The notes: generated by a model not told the origin, from the letters alone. A stretch of 64,000 bases of DNA from Nitrospirota bacterium (GCA_035516175.1 DATJAO010000038.1:28427-92426), one strand, 5' to 3'; numbered from the stretch's first letter, positions 17,448 to 27,725 are shown. Translations and numbers: made by a program.

Positions 17448-18215
17448 ATGATGAAGCGCTTCATATATGGTGCCGCTGCCTTGCTCATAACGCTCTGGTG
17501 TCTCTCATTCGCGTCTGCAGCAGAAGAACCGGCGGCGAACACCGAGGCAATGGTTACCATGATCGAAGGAACCGCCCACGTCTTCACCAAGGGAGCGCCA
17601 GCCGAGATCCCACTCAAGAAAGGGAGCAAGCTCACGAGAGGACAGGAGATCAGGGTGGGAGCGAATTCCAGGATGGAAATTCGATTTCCCGATGGAACTG
17701 TTATGAGACTAGCGGAAAAATCCCGTCTGGTCATGGATGATGTGCTTTACGATAGCAAGACCGAGAACAAAAGTGTCAAAGTCAATCTCGCTGTCGGAAA
17801 ACTCTGGGCAAACGTAAAGAAGCTCGTGACCCCGGATTCTACAGTCGAGGTTAGAACCAGTAACGCCGTCGCCGGTGTGAGGGGAACCGTGTACCGGGTG
17901 AATGTGGAAGAAGATAAGAGCGCAGTGGTCAAGGTCTATGATGGAACGGTGTATGTGGCCAACCCGCCGAAAGAAGAATCGGGGAAGCCACCAAGGGAGG
18001 TTTCAGGTCCGGTTCCCGTTCCCGGGCCGCACGAGGTGCCTCCACCGTATCACGAAGTGACTATGGAGGAGTGGCAGGTGATCGTACAATCCTTCCAGCA
18101 GGTTACCATTTCACCGGAGGGTGTAGCATCGCAACCGCAGGATTTCGATCCCAAAGCTGACGCTGATGACTGGGTGAAGTGGAACCAGGAGAGGGACAAG
18201 CAAACCCGGTTTTAA
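17448..18215 (+). CDS. Secreted FecR-domain protein
   Basis: Signal peptide (LWCLSFASAA). FecR-like beta-sandwich motifs (RMEIRFPDGTVMRLAEKSRLVMD ... GVRGTVYRV). Contains neither a sigma-factor nor an anti-sigma transmembrane segment. Confidence 0.6.
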   Translation: MMKRFIYGAAALLITLWCLSFASAAEEPAANTEAMVTMIEGTAHVFTKGAPAEIPLKKGSKLTRGQEIRVGANSRMEIRFPDGTVMRLAEKSRLVMDDVLYDSKTENKSVKVNLAVGKLWANVKKLVTPDSTVEVRTSNAVAGVRGTVYRVNVEEDKSAVVKVYDGTVYVANPPKEESGKPPREVSGPVPVPGPHEVPPPYHEVTMEEWQVIVQSFQQVTISPEGVASQPQDFDPKADADDWVKWNQERDKQTRF

Positions 18216-18305
18216 GAACTATTGCAGAAACTGAACGTAAGAACAAGGCCGTTCCGATCCATGGAATGGCCTTTCCTTTTTTACAGAAAAGCCGTTGAAA
18301 AACAC

Positions 18306-18334
18306 TTGACACTAGATGCCCACCATGGTATAAA
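18306..18334 (+). promoter_or_regulatory. sigma-70-type promoter (TTGACA-17-TATAAA) for fur
   Basis: TTGACA at 18306-18311 and TATAAA at 18329-18334 with a 17-nt spacer, about 30 nt upstream of the fur ATG. Confidence 0.5.
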
Positions 18335-18340
18335 AGCAAT

Positions 18341-18361
18341 TGATATTGGTTTTCAATATCA
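18341..18361 (+). promoter_or_regulatory. Perfect inverted repeat TGATATTG-N5-CAATATCA overlapping the predicted fur transcription start (candidate Fur box, autoregulation)
   Basis: 8-bp arms separated by 5 nt. AT-rich TGATA/TATCA arms resemble the Fur-box half sites GATAAT/ATTATC. Position between -10 and ATG. Confidence 0.5.
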
Positions 18362-18365
18362 TGAT

Positions 18366-18806
18366 ATGCGGAAAAAACCTTCTGAACATTTAGCGGAATA
18401 TCTTTCGAGGCAAGGGCTCAAGTCGACCCAGCAGCGAGACAAGATACTTCAAATCTTTGTGGACGCAGGCAGACACGTGAGTGCGGAAGAACTCTATGAA
18501 CATGTGAAAAAAGTCCATCCCGGCATTGGCTACGCCACGGTGTATCGGACGCTCAAGCTCCTGACCAACGCAGGGCTCGCGGAGGAGAGACGGTTTGAAG
18601 ATGGATTCACGCGCTATGAGTACAAGGTCTCTGACGGGCATCACGATCACCTCATCTGTACAAAATGTGGCACAATCATAGAATTCGAGAATCAACGCAT
18701 TGAAGCACTTCAGCAGGACGTTGCAAGAAAAAACCGATTTAAAGTACAAAGTCACAAACTGGAACTGTATGGCTTATGCGCAGTTTGTCAGAAGAAGATG
18801 GAGTAA
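18366..18806 (+). CDS. fur: Ferric uptake regulator family transcription factor
   Basis: 146 aa from the internal ATG. wHTH QRDKILQIF...SAEELYEHV. Metal-site residues HHDH...CTKCG...C...C. Located downstream of the promoter and operator above. Confidence 0.85.
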   Translation: MRKKPSEHLAEYLSRQGLKSTQQRDKILQIFVDAGRHVSAEELYEHVKKVHPGIGYATVYRTLKLLTNAGLAEERRFEDGFTRYEYKVSDGHHDHLICTKCGTIIEFENQRIEALQQDVARKNRFKVQSHKLELYGLCAVCQKKME

Positions 18807-18870
18807 CTAAGCCTTACGGAGTGCGTTTGTGATCTCGGGCCATGGCGGCTATCGGTTATGAAATGATAAG

Positions 18871-20883
18871 GTGCCTATTTCGGAGGAAATGCTCATAATG
18901 AACAACCAGGATTCTGGCGACGGTGGACGCAATCGCGACTCCAGTCTTAATAAGGTTCTCTTGATCGGTAATCCGAATGTGGGCAAGAGCGCGCTCTTCG
19001 GGCTGCTTACGGGCAAATACGTTACCGTCTCGAACTATCCCGGTACCACCGTGGAAGTGACCTATGGAAACGCACTCTTGAACAAGACGCGTACCCTGGT
19101 GATCGACACGCCCGGTGTGAACAGCCTCGTACCCATGTCTGAAGACGAAAAAGTTACGAGGGACATGCTGCTTACCGACCGGGCCGGGGTCGTTGTCCAG
19201 GTGGCCGATACCAAAAACCTGCGGCGAGGGCTTCTCATTACTCTCCAGCTCTCGGAAATGGAGGTGCCATTCATCCTTGACCTCAATATGGACGATGAGG
19301 CAAAGAGCCGTGGCATTTTCATTGACCAGGAAAAACTATCCCATTTGCTCGGCATAGAAGTAGTCAAAACCGTGGCTATTCGCAGGAGCGGGATCGACAA
19401 GCTGCTGAAAGGCATTCAGCACCCACGGCCGTCCACGATCGGAGTGCGTTACGATGACGTGATCGAGGGGGGGATAAGGGACATCTCCGCTCTGCTACCG
19501 GGAGCAAACATTGCTCAACGCGCGCTTGCGCTCATGATTCTCGCTGGTGATGAAAGCCTCAAGTCTTGGCTTCACTCGAACCTGCAGGACCACGTGATCA
19601 CTGAAATTGAAAAGATACGGCAGGAAGTTCAGGCTAAATTTAATAACTCTCTTGGCTATCTCATTAACCAGCGCAGAATAAAAAAGGCTGATGAGATCCT
19701 TGCGCAGGTTATGAGCCGCCATGAAGCAGGAAAGGGATCAGCTATCTCATTTTATATCGGCAAATGGTCCATGCACCCGGTTTATGGTATCCCGATCCTT
19801 TTCGCTGTGTTGTATGCTATATATCAATTCGTCGGTGTATTCGGAGCGGGTACGGTTGTCAATTTTCTTGAAAAAACTGTATTTGGAGCATACCTCAACC
19901 CCTGGGTCACAAAGATCGTTCATTTCATTTTGCCTGTTCCGTTTTTGCAGGAGTTAATTATCGGTGACTATGGTTTGGTGACCATGGCCGTCACCTACGC
20001 GATCGCAATCGTGCTGCCGATCGTGAGCTTTTTTTTCATAGCTTTTGGTCTCCTCGAAGACTCGGGATATCTGCCGCGACTCGCAGTCATGGTAAACAAA
20101 ATTTTTAAGGTTATGGGCCTGAACGGCAAGGCTGTGCTTCCCATGATCCTCGGTCTAGGATGCGACACCATGGCAACGCTCACAACGCGTATTCTCGAAA
20201 CGAAGAAGGAGCGTCTCCTCGTAACGTTTTTGCTCGCTCTCGGCGTGCCCTGTTCCGCTCAACTTGGCGTTGTGCTTGGAATGATTTCCGGGGTCTCCGG
20301 CCTGGCAACGGTAATCTGGCTCGGGACCATGACTGGCGTTCTCCTCCTTGTTGGATATCTTGCATCGAAATTGATCCCCGGCGATCCGTCGGACTTTGTG
20401 CTCGAACTGCCGCCGATACGAATTCCACAGGTTACGAACATTCTGATCAAAACCATAGCCAGGGTACAATGGTATTTAAAAGAGGCAGTGCCGCTTTTTA
20501 TTTTGGGGACATTTATCTTGTTTGCAGCAAATAAGGTGGGTGCTCTTACGTTCATTCAAAAAATGGCTGATCCAATCGTGGTCGGCCTCTTGGGGTTGCC
20601 GAGCAAAGCCGCTGAAGCATTTGTCATAGGGTTCCTTCGCAGAGACTACGGTGCTGCAGGATTGTTTATGCTTGCAAAGCAGAACCTGCTCGATCCAATC
20701 CAGATTGTCGTGAGTCTCGTGGTGATGACACTTTTTGTGCCGTGTATTGCAAACTTCTTTATGATGGTGAAGGAACAGGGACTCAAAGCAGCTTTTTACA
20801 TGGCAGCATTCATCTTCCCTTTTGCTGTTGCTGTTGGGGCAGCGCTGAATTGGGCGCTCAGGACTTTCAGAGTCGCGTTGTGA
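18871..20883 (+). CDS. feoB: Ferrous iron transporter FeoB (G-domain plus polytopic membrane domain)
   Basis: G1 motif GNPNVGKS, DTPG, 670 aa with many TM helices and Gate motifs. A possible Fur-box-like ATGAAATGATAAGG lies just upstream. The start may be one of the downstream ATGs at 18889/18898. Confidence 0.9.
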   Translation: MPISEEMLIMNNQDSGDGGRNRDSSLNKVLLIGNPNVGKSALFGLLTGKYVTVSNYPGTTVEVTYGNALLNKTRTLVIDTPGVNSLVPMSEDEKVTRDMLLTDRAGVVVQVADTKNLRRGLLITLQLSEMEVPFILDLNMDDEAKSRGIFIDQEKLSHLLGIEVVKTVAIRRSGIDKLLKGIQHPRPSTIGVRYDDVIEGGIRDISALLPGANIAQRALALMILAGDESLKSWLHSNLQDHVITEIEKIRQEVQAKFNNSLGYLINQRRIKKADEILAQVMSRHEAGKGSAISFYIGKWSMHPVYGIPILFAVLYAIYQFVGVFGAGTVVNFLEKTVFGAYLNPWVTKIVHFILPVPFLQELIIGDYGLVTMAVTYAIAIVLPIVSFFFIAFGLLEDSGYLPRLAVMVNKIFKVMGLNGKAVLPMILGLGCDTMATLTTRILETKKERLLVTFLLALGVPCSAQLGVVLGMISGVSGLATVIWLGTMTGVLLLVGYLASKLIPGDPSDFVLELPPIRIPQVTNILIKTIARVQWYLKEAVPLFILGTFILFAANKVGALTFIQKMADPIVVGLLGLPSKAAEAFVIGFLRRDYGAAGLFMLAKQNLLDPIQIVVSLVVMTLFVPCIANFFMMVKEQGLKAAFYMAAFIFPFAVAVGAALNWALRTFRVAL

Positions 20884-21006
20884 GCGAGGATGTACGGCGC
20901 GAGGTGTTTCGGTATCAAACAAATACATGCTCTTGAAAGAACACCGGTCACGTGGTGTTTTCAGCAATAATCCAAAATGCGAATTCCGTAGTAAAAGAGG
21001 TGAACC

Positions 21007-21714
21007 ATGACTGAGAAAAAAAGATTGCTGGGGATTGAAGGCCAGGCGGGCCATCCCGCGTTGTGTGTTTTGCCGGAGATCGAAAAAGAAGATGAACTTT
21101 TTGAAATCATCTGGACTTTAAGAGAAGACGGTAAGCTGACCTTGGACCAGATCGTCCAGAGTTGTTCTATTCCGGAATGCGAAAGCATCCTTAAAGACCT
21201 GTCCAAAAACGGATGGATCGACATCAAGGGTCAGGCTGTTGAATTGCTGCCAAAAGGCGAAAAGCGCGCACGAGAACTGGTCCGGCGACATCGGCTGTCG
21301 CTTCGGATGTTCTATGATCTTTTTGCCTTGGATGGTGCAGAAGCAGAGGCGTGCAAATTCGAGCATATCCTTTCGCCGGAGGTGACCGACAGTGTCTGCA
21401 CCCTGCTTGGCCATCCGCCTAACTCTCCAGACGGCAAACCGATTCCTCGGGGGGCGTGTTGCTCCATGTTCAGACAAGAGATGAAACCGCTTGTGGCTCC
21501 GCTCGCGGACCTTGTGCCGGGAGAGCAGGCGAAGATCGTGTTCATCACTCCGGGATCGCACTCACGTCTCGACAGGCTTTCAGCTATGGGAGTTGTCCCA
21601 GGCAGCGTGGTCAAACTCCATCAGAAAAAGCCGTCGTATGTGATTCAACTCGGCGAGACCATGATTGCCGTGGACAGGGATATTACGAAAGAGATATTCG
21701 TTAAAAAGGTCTAG
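21007..21714 (+). CDS. DtxR/MntR-family metal-dependent transcriptional regulator with C-terminal SH3-like (FeoA-type) domain
   Basis: wHTH N-domain. Dimerisation/metal-site region RELVRRHRLSLRMFYDLFALDG...FEHILSPEVTDSVCTLLGHP. C-terminal FeoA/SH3-like PLADLVPGEQAKIV...MGVVPGSVVKLHQK. Confidence 0.75.
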   Translation: MTEKKRLLGIEGQAGHPALCVLPEIEKEDELFEIIWTLREDGKLTLDQIVQSCSIPECESILKDLSKNGWIDIKGQAVELLPKGEKRARELVRRHRLSLRMFYDLFALDGAEAEACKFEHILSPEVTDSVCTLLGHPPNSPDGKPIPRGACCSMFRQEMKPLVAPLADLVPGEQAKIVFITPGSHSRLDRLSAMGVVPGSVVKLHQKKPSYVIQLGETMIAVDRDITKEIFVKKV

Positions 21715-22083
21715 GCTGAATGTGAAAGGGCCGTGCGCAGTCACAAACATAACGGCAGCCTCATCAACAACAAAAACCAATGTTCTAAAAAACAAGCGAT
21801 GGTAAAAGAATATATTCATTCAGAAAACCATGCAAAATCGGTTAAAAAGTATTAAAGTTACAGGTACATTATTACGATAAGAGTAGCAGGGAATAATTTA
21901 AGTGCCGTCCGGGTAATTTCATGGATAATATTTATTCCGCCTTTTTCACGTTATAGCTAAACCCGCTGTTATAAATTTTCTAAATAAAATTTGATGTTTC
22001 ACGCTGCATCCTGAAGGCACAGCATGACGCGATAACACGGCAACCTAGGTTTTCTTTACAGTATTCCGGGAGACGTTCTTTTT

Positions 22084-23508
22084 ATGGGGAAACAACCAAC
22101 CATATTGCTTGTGGATGATGAGCTGCTGGTTTTGGATTCACTCCGCGAACTCGTTACCCGCGAAGAAAAATACAACGTGACAACCGCGGAAAACGGCAAG
22201 ATCGCGCTGGAAATGACTGCGCGGGAAGATTATGCGGTCGTCATTACCGATTTGATGCTGAAGGACATAACCGGAATCGAGCTTCTCAAGACCATAAAGT
22301 CTCAAACGCCCGAAACGCAGGTGATCATGGTCAGCGGAAAGGGGAGCATAGATTTTGCGGTCGAAGCCATGAAGATGGGAGCCTTCGATTTTCTTACCAA
22401 GCCCTATTCTCCTTCCCACCTGCTTCAGATACTGGCCAGAGCGAAGGCCTATTACGAATCTCTTGTGGAGAATAAACAGCTGAAAGGCGAAATCAGAAGA
22501 CTGAAGAAGAATTATGAGATCATCGGTACCCACCCGAAGATACAGCGGATCAGGGAGATCATCGAGAACATAGCACCCTCGGACAGCACGGTTCTGATCC
22601 AGGGAAAAAGCGGCAGTGGAAAAGAACTGGTAGCCAGGGCAATACATAACCGATCGCTTCGCGCTGAGGGGCCCTTCCAGGCAGTAAACTGTGGCGTCTT
22701 TACCGAAACGCTGATTGAAAATGAATTGTTCGGCCATGAAAAGGGCGCCTATACCGGCGCTGTTCAGCGAGCGATCGGCAGAGTAGAGGCCTCGGCCGGC
22801 GGCACCCTGTTCCTCGATGAGATCGACACCATGCCCGTCAGCTCACAGGTGAAGCTGTTGCGGGTGCTTGAGGAGCGCTCGTTTCAAAGAATAGGCGGGA
22901 CCAAACCAATTTATGTGGATTTCAGGCTGATTGCAGCCACGAATAGCGATCTCCAGGATGCTGTTACAAAGAAACTTTTCCGTGATGACCTGTACTACCG
23001 TCTCAATGTCATTACCATGACCCTCCCCGAACTCAGCGAACGACTGAGCGATATTCCTCTCCTGGTAAACTACTTCATGGAACGGTATAAAGTCAGAAGC
23101 AACGTACAGTCCATCTCCGCAGCCGCTATGGACATCCTTTTAAAATATCCGTGGCCCGGCAATGTCAGGGAACTTGTGAATGCCATCGAATATTCCATGG
23201 TCATGGCAAAGGGAACCCAGATCCTTCCGGCAGACCTGCCCGAGGCCTTGCAGGTCAGGATTTTTGAACCGCATCAGCAGGTGCGTGAATCCCTTTCGCT
23301 CAAGGAAACAGAACGAGATTTAATCGTGAGGACATTGAAAGAATGTCATGGCAACAAGCATCTCGCCGCAAAACTACTTAGAATCCCCCGTTCTACACTC
23401 TACAGCAAGATCCAGAAACATGGGATCTCGATAGACGAGGATGCTGCCATTTCTCCGACTGAGCAGGAAAAAAGTACCAGCAAATCGCCCCTTGCTGTCC
23501 AGAATTAG
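22084..23508 (+). CDS. sigma-54-dependent response regulator (NtrC family: REC + AAA+ + Fis-type HTH)
   Basis: REC (LLVDDELLVLDSL...D). sigma-54 activator core with Walker A GKSGSGKE and a GAYTGA motif where GAFTGA is expected (Phe to Tyr variant). ESELFGHEKGAYTGA. C-terminal HTH LLRIPRSTLYSKIQKHGI. Confidence 0.9.
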   Translation: MGKQPTILLVDDELLVLDSLRELVTREEKYNVTTAENGKIALEMTAREDYAVVITDLMLKDITGIELLKTIKSQTPETQVIMVSGKGSIDFAVEAMKMGAFDFLTKPYSPSHLLQILARAKAYYESLVENKQLKGEIRRLKKNYEIIGTHPKIQRIREIIENIAPSDSTVLIQGKSGSGKELVARAIHNRSLRAEGPFQAVNCGVFTETLIENELFGHEKGAYTGAVQRAIGRVEASAGGTLFLDEIDTMPVSSQVKLLRVLEERSFQRIGGTKPIYVDFRLIAATNSDLQDAVTKKLFRDDLYYRLNVITMTLPELSERLSDIPLLVNYFMERYKVRSNVQSISAAAMDILLKYPWPGNVRELVNAIEYSMVMAKGTQILPADLPEALQVRIFEPHQQVRESLSLKETERDLIVRTLKECHGNKHLAAKLLRIPRSTLYSKIQKHGISIDEDAAISPTEQEKSTSKSPLAVQN

Positions 23509-23630
23509 ACCCAAAAAAAAATAATTAAAATCAACATATTAGAGCTATTTTACTGTTAATCCATCTATTGTCCTGTCTAAAACCCGTCAAACAAATTCTA
23601 TTAACTGGTTGTTTTTAAACATATAATCGT

Positions 23631-23646
23631 CGGCATTGCTCTTGCA
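23631..23646 (+). promoter_or_regulatory. sigma-54 (-24/-12) promoter cGGCATtgctcTTGCA upstream of the che operon
   Basis: GG at 23632-33 and GC at 23644-45 with exact N10 spacing. The -12 element TTGCA is exact. About 90 nt upstream of the cheY start and directly downstream of the sigma-54 activator gene. Confidence 0.55.
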
Positions 23647-23735
23647 CCATATCATAATAAAGGTGCATGAAATTTCATGCGTCGATATTATTGAAAAATG
23701 ATTAAAAATTCATAAGACATTTAAAGCGATATGAA

Positions 23736-24173
23736 ATGGAGATGGACATGAAAACTTTACTATTGGTGGATGATGAAGTTGAGAACCTTAGATGTCTTGG
23801 AGAAATACTAAACAGGTTCGGTTACAATGTCATCGCCCAGCCGGATGCTCCATCGGCGCTTTCCGTTGCGCGTGGCGGGACCCGTGTCGATCTCGTGATA
23901 ACCGACTATAGGATGCCGGGGATGGATGGCCTGGAGTTTTTCATCCTGCTTAAGCAGATACTGCCTGCCGTCCCCGTGATCATGCTCACGGCCTATGGTG
24001 CAGTCGAAACATATTTAAAATCGCTCAGCCTGGGCATATTTGAATACGTAAATAAACCGGTTAAGGCGAAGGACCTGGGAAGGATCGTGAAAGCCGCCCT
24101 CGCTTGTTCGGAAGGCGACAATATCGCTCCCGGAAGCGAGCTGTCCCAAGAATCGCCGTTATTTAAAATATAA
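23736..24173 (+). CDS. cheY: CheY-like single-domain response regulator
   Basis: REC domain: LLLVDDEVENL, DLVITDYRMPGMDG, conserved K (NKPV). Confidence 0.85.
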   Translation: MEMDMKTLLLVDDEVENLRCLGEILNRFGYNVIAQPDAPSALSVARGGTRVDLVITDYRMPGMDGLEFFILLKQILPAVPVIMLTAYGAVETYLKSLSLGIFEYVNKPVKAKDLGRIVKAALACSEGDNIAPGSELSQESPLFKI

Positions 24174-24240
24174 GCTGATGCAACACAGCGGCACGCGGGA
24201 GCTGCCAGCGCACAAAAACAGACTTCAGAAAGGCATACTC

Positions 24241-24750
24241 ATGCAAAAGAAAGATCAATTGGTCAATTTCAGAATCGGCAGAGAATCTTTTGGCGTACCC
24301 ATCGACAACGTGCAGGAGATCGTGCGGGTACCGGAGATCACGGTGGTGCCGGAAATGCCGTCATTCGTCGAAGGCGTCATCAACCTTCGCGGCAGGATCG
24401 TTCCTATCGTGGATTTGAGTAAGCGACTTAAGATTGAAGCTGCTCCCAGGGCTAAGTCAAGCCGTGTCCTGATCGTCGAAGTGGATGACAAGATCATCGG
24501 CCTTTTGGTCGACGCGGTAAACGCTATCCTGCAGATACCACAGGAGGCCGTCGAGCCTACACCTGACATCGTTACACCGGTAGGTGCTGAGTATATCATC
24601 GGCGTAGGCAAGTTGCATGACAAACTGATCATTCTCCTCAATCTCAAAAATATTCTGAGACCTGACGAGATCAAGGGACTGGTGGAGGATGAGAGTGCTG
24701 GCGCCGCGATGGGTAGAGCATCGCGACGATCACTGGAAGTGGCGGCTTGA
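24241..24750 (+). CDS. cheW: Chemotaxis coupling protein CheW
   Basis: CheW domain: LVNFRIGRESFGVPIDNVQEI...GVINLRGRIVPIVDL...GLLVDAV. ~170 aa from the internal ATG. Confidence 0.85.
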   Translation: MQKKDQLVNFRIGRESFGVPIDNVQEIVRVPEITVVPEMPSFVEGVINLRGRIVPIVDLSKRLKIEAAPRAKSSRVLIVEVDDKIIGLLVDAVNAILQIPQEAVEPTPDIVTPVGAEYIIGVGKLHDKLIILLNLKNILRPDEIKGLVEDESAGAAMGRASRRSLEVAA

Positions 24751-24790
24751 TCTAAGGCAGAGGCCGGCTCATGATTCCTTAGAATATTTT

Positions 24791-25609
24791 ATGATACTTA
24801 CCGACGATGAATTCAGGTTATTTTCGCACCTAATTTACAACGAGAGCGGGATAACCATCAAAGACACCAAAAGGGAATTTCTCCAGGCACGGCTCCAGAA
24901 GAGGCTGCTGGTCAACAGGCTGAACAGTTACTACCGCTACTATAAGTTCGTTACAGATAAAACGCGAGGTCAGCGTGAGCTTCTCGACCTTGTAGACAGC
25001 CTTACAATCAACGAAACATCGTTCTTTAGGAACAAACCCCAGTTCGACCTCTTCACCAGTATTGTCATCCCTGAATTAAAACAAAAAAGAGCACAGCAGA
25101 AAAAGATCCGGTGCTGGAGCGCAGGCTGTTCCAAAGGACAGGAAGCATATTCTATCGCCATGAGCGTTCTTGATACGCTGGAATCTCCAGAAACCTGGGA
25201 CATCATGATCCTCGCCTCGGACATCAGCCTGCGAGTACTCGACAGCGCTCAGAAAGGGGTGTACAGCGAAAGTGAGATCGAAACTGTCCATCCAGAATAT
25301 CAGAAGGAATTCTTCGATAAGGTAAACAGTCATTATCAAGTAAAGCCGAACGTCAAAAAGTTAGTGGTCTTCGATTTCCATAATCTGAAACATGAGAACG
25401 GGGTGACCGGCCTCGACGTGATATTCTGCCGGAATGTCATGATCTATTTCGACCGCGATGAACAGAAGAGACTTGTGGAAAAATTACATAACAGCTTATC
25501 TGACGGCGGATACCTTTTTTTGGGGCCCGCCGAGGGTCTCCAAGGACTTTCAGACAAGTTTAAATTTATCTACCATAACAAAGGAGCCGTATATAAAAAA
25601 GTGCCATAA
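24791..25609 (+). CDS. cheR: Chemotaxis protein methyltransferase CheR
   Basis: N-terminal CheR helical domain (DDEFRLFSHLIYNESGI). SAM-MTase core (TSFFRN...IRCWSAGCSKGQEAYSIAM...VIFCRNVMIYFD). Confidence 0.85.
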   Translation: MILTDDEFRLFSHLIYNESGITIKDTKREFLQARLQKRLLVNRLNSYYRYYKFVTDKTRGQRELLDLVDSLTINETSFFRNKPQFDLFTSIVIPELKQKRAQQKKIRCWSAGCSKGQEAYSIAMSVLDTLESPETWDIMILASDISLRVLDSAQKGVYSESEIETVHPEYQKEFFDKVNSHYQVKPNVKKLVVFDFHNLKHENGVTGLDVIFCRNVMIYFDRDEQKRLVEKLHNSLSDGGYLFLGPAEGLQGLSDKFKFIYHNKGAVYKKVP

Positions 25610-25676
25610 AACGCTGGGAACGCAATGACGGTATCCGGTGTGCAGGGGTTGTTTTGCGGCAGAGAAGAAAGGGGCA

Positions 25677-27650
25677 ATGAGCGAATATACATTTACAGAT
25701 CGAGAGCTGAATGACCTCAAGGAAATATTTTTTACAGAGGCCTATGAGATCCTACAGTCCCTGAACCAGGAGATCCTTAATCTTGAATCGGGACATGACA
25801 GAGAAGCTTCGATGAAAACCATTCAACGCTATCTCCATACACTCAAAGGAAATTCACGTGCCCTCGGATTTACTTCATTAAACACTCTGGCCCATAAGTC
25901 CGAAGACCTGCTCAAATCGATCCAGGATACTACGATAGATATTGACAGGAGCCTCATCGATCTTCTGTTCTCAATAAGCGATACCTTGCAGTTCACTGTC
26001 GACAGCTGCCGATCAAACAAAAACGCACCGCCTGACGAGCGGCTTATGGAGCGCATTGAAAGTTACCTGAGCGCATGGGGGAGTGGCGGAAGCGCAGGGA
26101 AAGATGCAAAATCCAAATCCGAAAATAGACCGGGTGCATTGGTCTACGATATCGTCATAGGGTTCGACGGTGCCTGTGATAATAAAGCATTCGGGCTTCA
26201 GGTAATCAAGGAAAGGCTCTCTACGATGGGGGAAGTTCTCCGTGTCGAATCAAACGGAGATTCCGAACGGGTCGATTCTGCTAATCAGATCTTTATCAGC
26301 TTCGGTTCTTCGGAGCCAGCCGAGCTGATACGAGATTTGATCGCCGTTACAGGCGTTGTGAAGGAGATATCGATCAACAAGCACGAAACCGGCTCAACCA
26401 CTGAAACACAGGCGCCAGGCAGAGATACGACAGTTAAACAGGAAGCTTTACCGACACTCCGCGTTGACGCACTGCGGGTCGACAAGATTCTCAATCTCGT
26501 TGGCGAAATGGTGATCGGGCGCTCGATGATCGGACAGATCCTTTCAGAAATCGGTGAGCGTTATCAAAAGGATGATCTCGTCAAGAAACTGAGCGACGCA
26601 AACGCCTTCATGGAGAAGACACTTTCGCAGCTGCAAAAAAATGTCATGAAGATACGGATGCTGCCGATCTCCCATGTCTTCAGAAAATTTCCCCGTGTGG
26701 TCCGCGACCTCTCAGTTGAAAAAGGAAAACAAGTGGAACTCGTTATGCTGGGGGAAAAGACCGAGCTTGATAAGGGCATCATCGACGTGATCGGTGAACC
26801 GCTCATTCACCTTGTACGAAACGCCGTTGACCACGGGATTGAACCGCCTGACGAACGGGAACGGGCCGGGAAGCCGAGGACCGGGACAGTCAGTCTGCAC
26901 GCCTATCATGAGGGGAACCAGATCATGATCGACGTTAAGGACGATGGTGCCGGATTGGAACCTCAGCGGCTCAAAAAAAAGGCAATCGAAAGAGGGATCA
27001 AAAGCCGCGAAGAGATAGATCGCCTTTCTGATGAGGAGGCATTTGACCTCATATTTCTGTCCGGATTCAGCACCGCCGATGTGGTGACGGACATATCGGG
27101 CCGGGGATTCGGGATGGACATAGTTCGAACGACGGTGGAATCGCTCAAAGGGAGGATCCAAGTTCGCTCTAAACCGGGAGAGGGGACCACGTTCACGCTC
27201 AGGTTGCCGCTTACCCTTGCTATCATGCGTGCCATGTTGTTCTGGGTAGGGAAGAGACTCCTGGCTATTCCTATGTCATTGATCGAGAGAATAACCCGTG
27301 TCAAGGACAGTGATATCCAGACAGTGGCAGGAAAATATGTTCTTCGGTTCCGTGATAAGGTAATCAGCTTGATTTTCCTGAATGAATCACTGACAGCAGA
27401 CGAATGTTCTGCCGGTCAGGACCAGAAAAAGTTCGTCATTGTTGTTGGGTCCTCGGACAAGCTGTATGGATTTGTCGTTGACAGGCTGGTAGGCCAGCAA
27501 GAACTTGTGATCAAGGCCCTTGATGACTATTGGGGCACGATCAACTGCGCGTCCGGCGCCTCCATACTGGGCAGCGGACAAGTAGTACTGATCCTGGACG
27601 CGCCTGCCCTCATCATGAGAGAAACACGGCAGGAGTTTATCGGGACGTAA
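25677..27650 (+). CDS. cheA: Chemotaxis histidine kinase CheA (Hpt - dimerisation - HATPase - CheW-like domains; no recognisable P2)
   Basis: Hpt (HTLKGNSRALGF). H-kinase_dim (LRVDALRVDKILNLVGEMVI). HATPase (DHGIEPP...DDGAGL...GRGFGMDIV). C-terminal CheW-like domain. Confidence 0.9.
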   Translation: MSEYTFTDRELNDLKEIFFTEAYEILQSLNQEILNLESGHDREASMKTIQRYLHTLKGNSRALGFTSLNTLAHKSEDLLKSIQDTTIDIDRSLIDLLFSISDTLQFTVDSCRSNKNAPPDERLMERIESYLSAWGSGGSAGKDAKSKSENRPGALVYDIVIGFDGACDNKAFGLQVIKERLSTMGEVLRVESNGDSERVDSANQIFISFGSSEPAELIRDLIAVTGVVKEISINKHETGSTTETQAPGRDTTVKQEALPTLRVDALRVDKILNLVGEMVIGRSMIGQILSEIGERYQKDDLVKKLSDANAFMEKTLSQLQKNVMKIRMLPISHVFRKFPRVVRDLSVEKGKQVELVMLGEKTELDKGIIDVIGEPLIHLVRNAVDHGIEPPDERERAGKPRTGTVSLHAYHEGNQIMIDVKDDGAGLEPQRLKKKAIERGIKSREEIDRLSDEEAFDLIFLSGFSTADVVTDISGRGFGMDIVRTTVESLKGRIQVRSKPGEGTTFTLRLPLTLAIMRAMLFWVGKRLLAIPMSLIERITRVKDSDIQTVAGKYVLRFRDKVISLIFLNESLTADECSAGQDQKKFVIVVGSSDKLYGFVVDRLVGQQELVIKALDDYWGTINCASGASILGSGQVVLILDAPALIMRETRQEFIGT

Positions 27651-27725
27651 GACAGCCCAGGGCGCGAATGCGGATTCGGCTTATAGTGCGAGGCGCACCA
27701 TGCAGTAGTGCAAAAGTGAACACAT

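Noticed and set aside
18222-18365. Upstream 48-codon extension of the fur ORF
   Set aside because: The extension would place the sigma-70 promoter and the palindromic operator inside the coding sequence. The Fur wHTH begins after the internal ATG at 18366, giving a canonical 146 aa protein.
21007-21714. Apparent DtxR-FeoA fusion regulator
   Set aside because: The third domain of canonical DtxR/IdeR proteins is an SH3-like fold that Pfam models as FeoA. This is the normal architecture and not a novel fusion.
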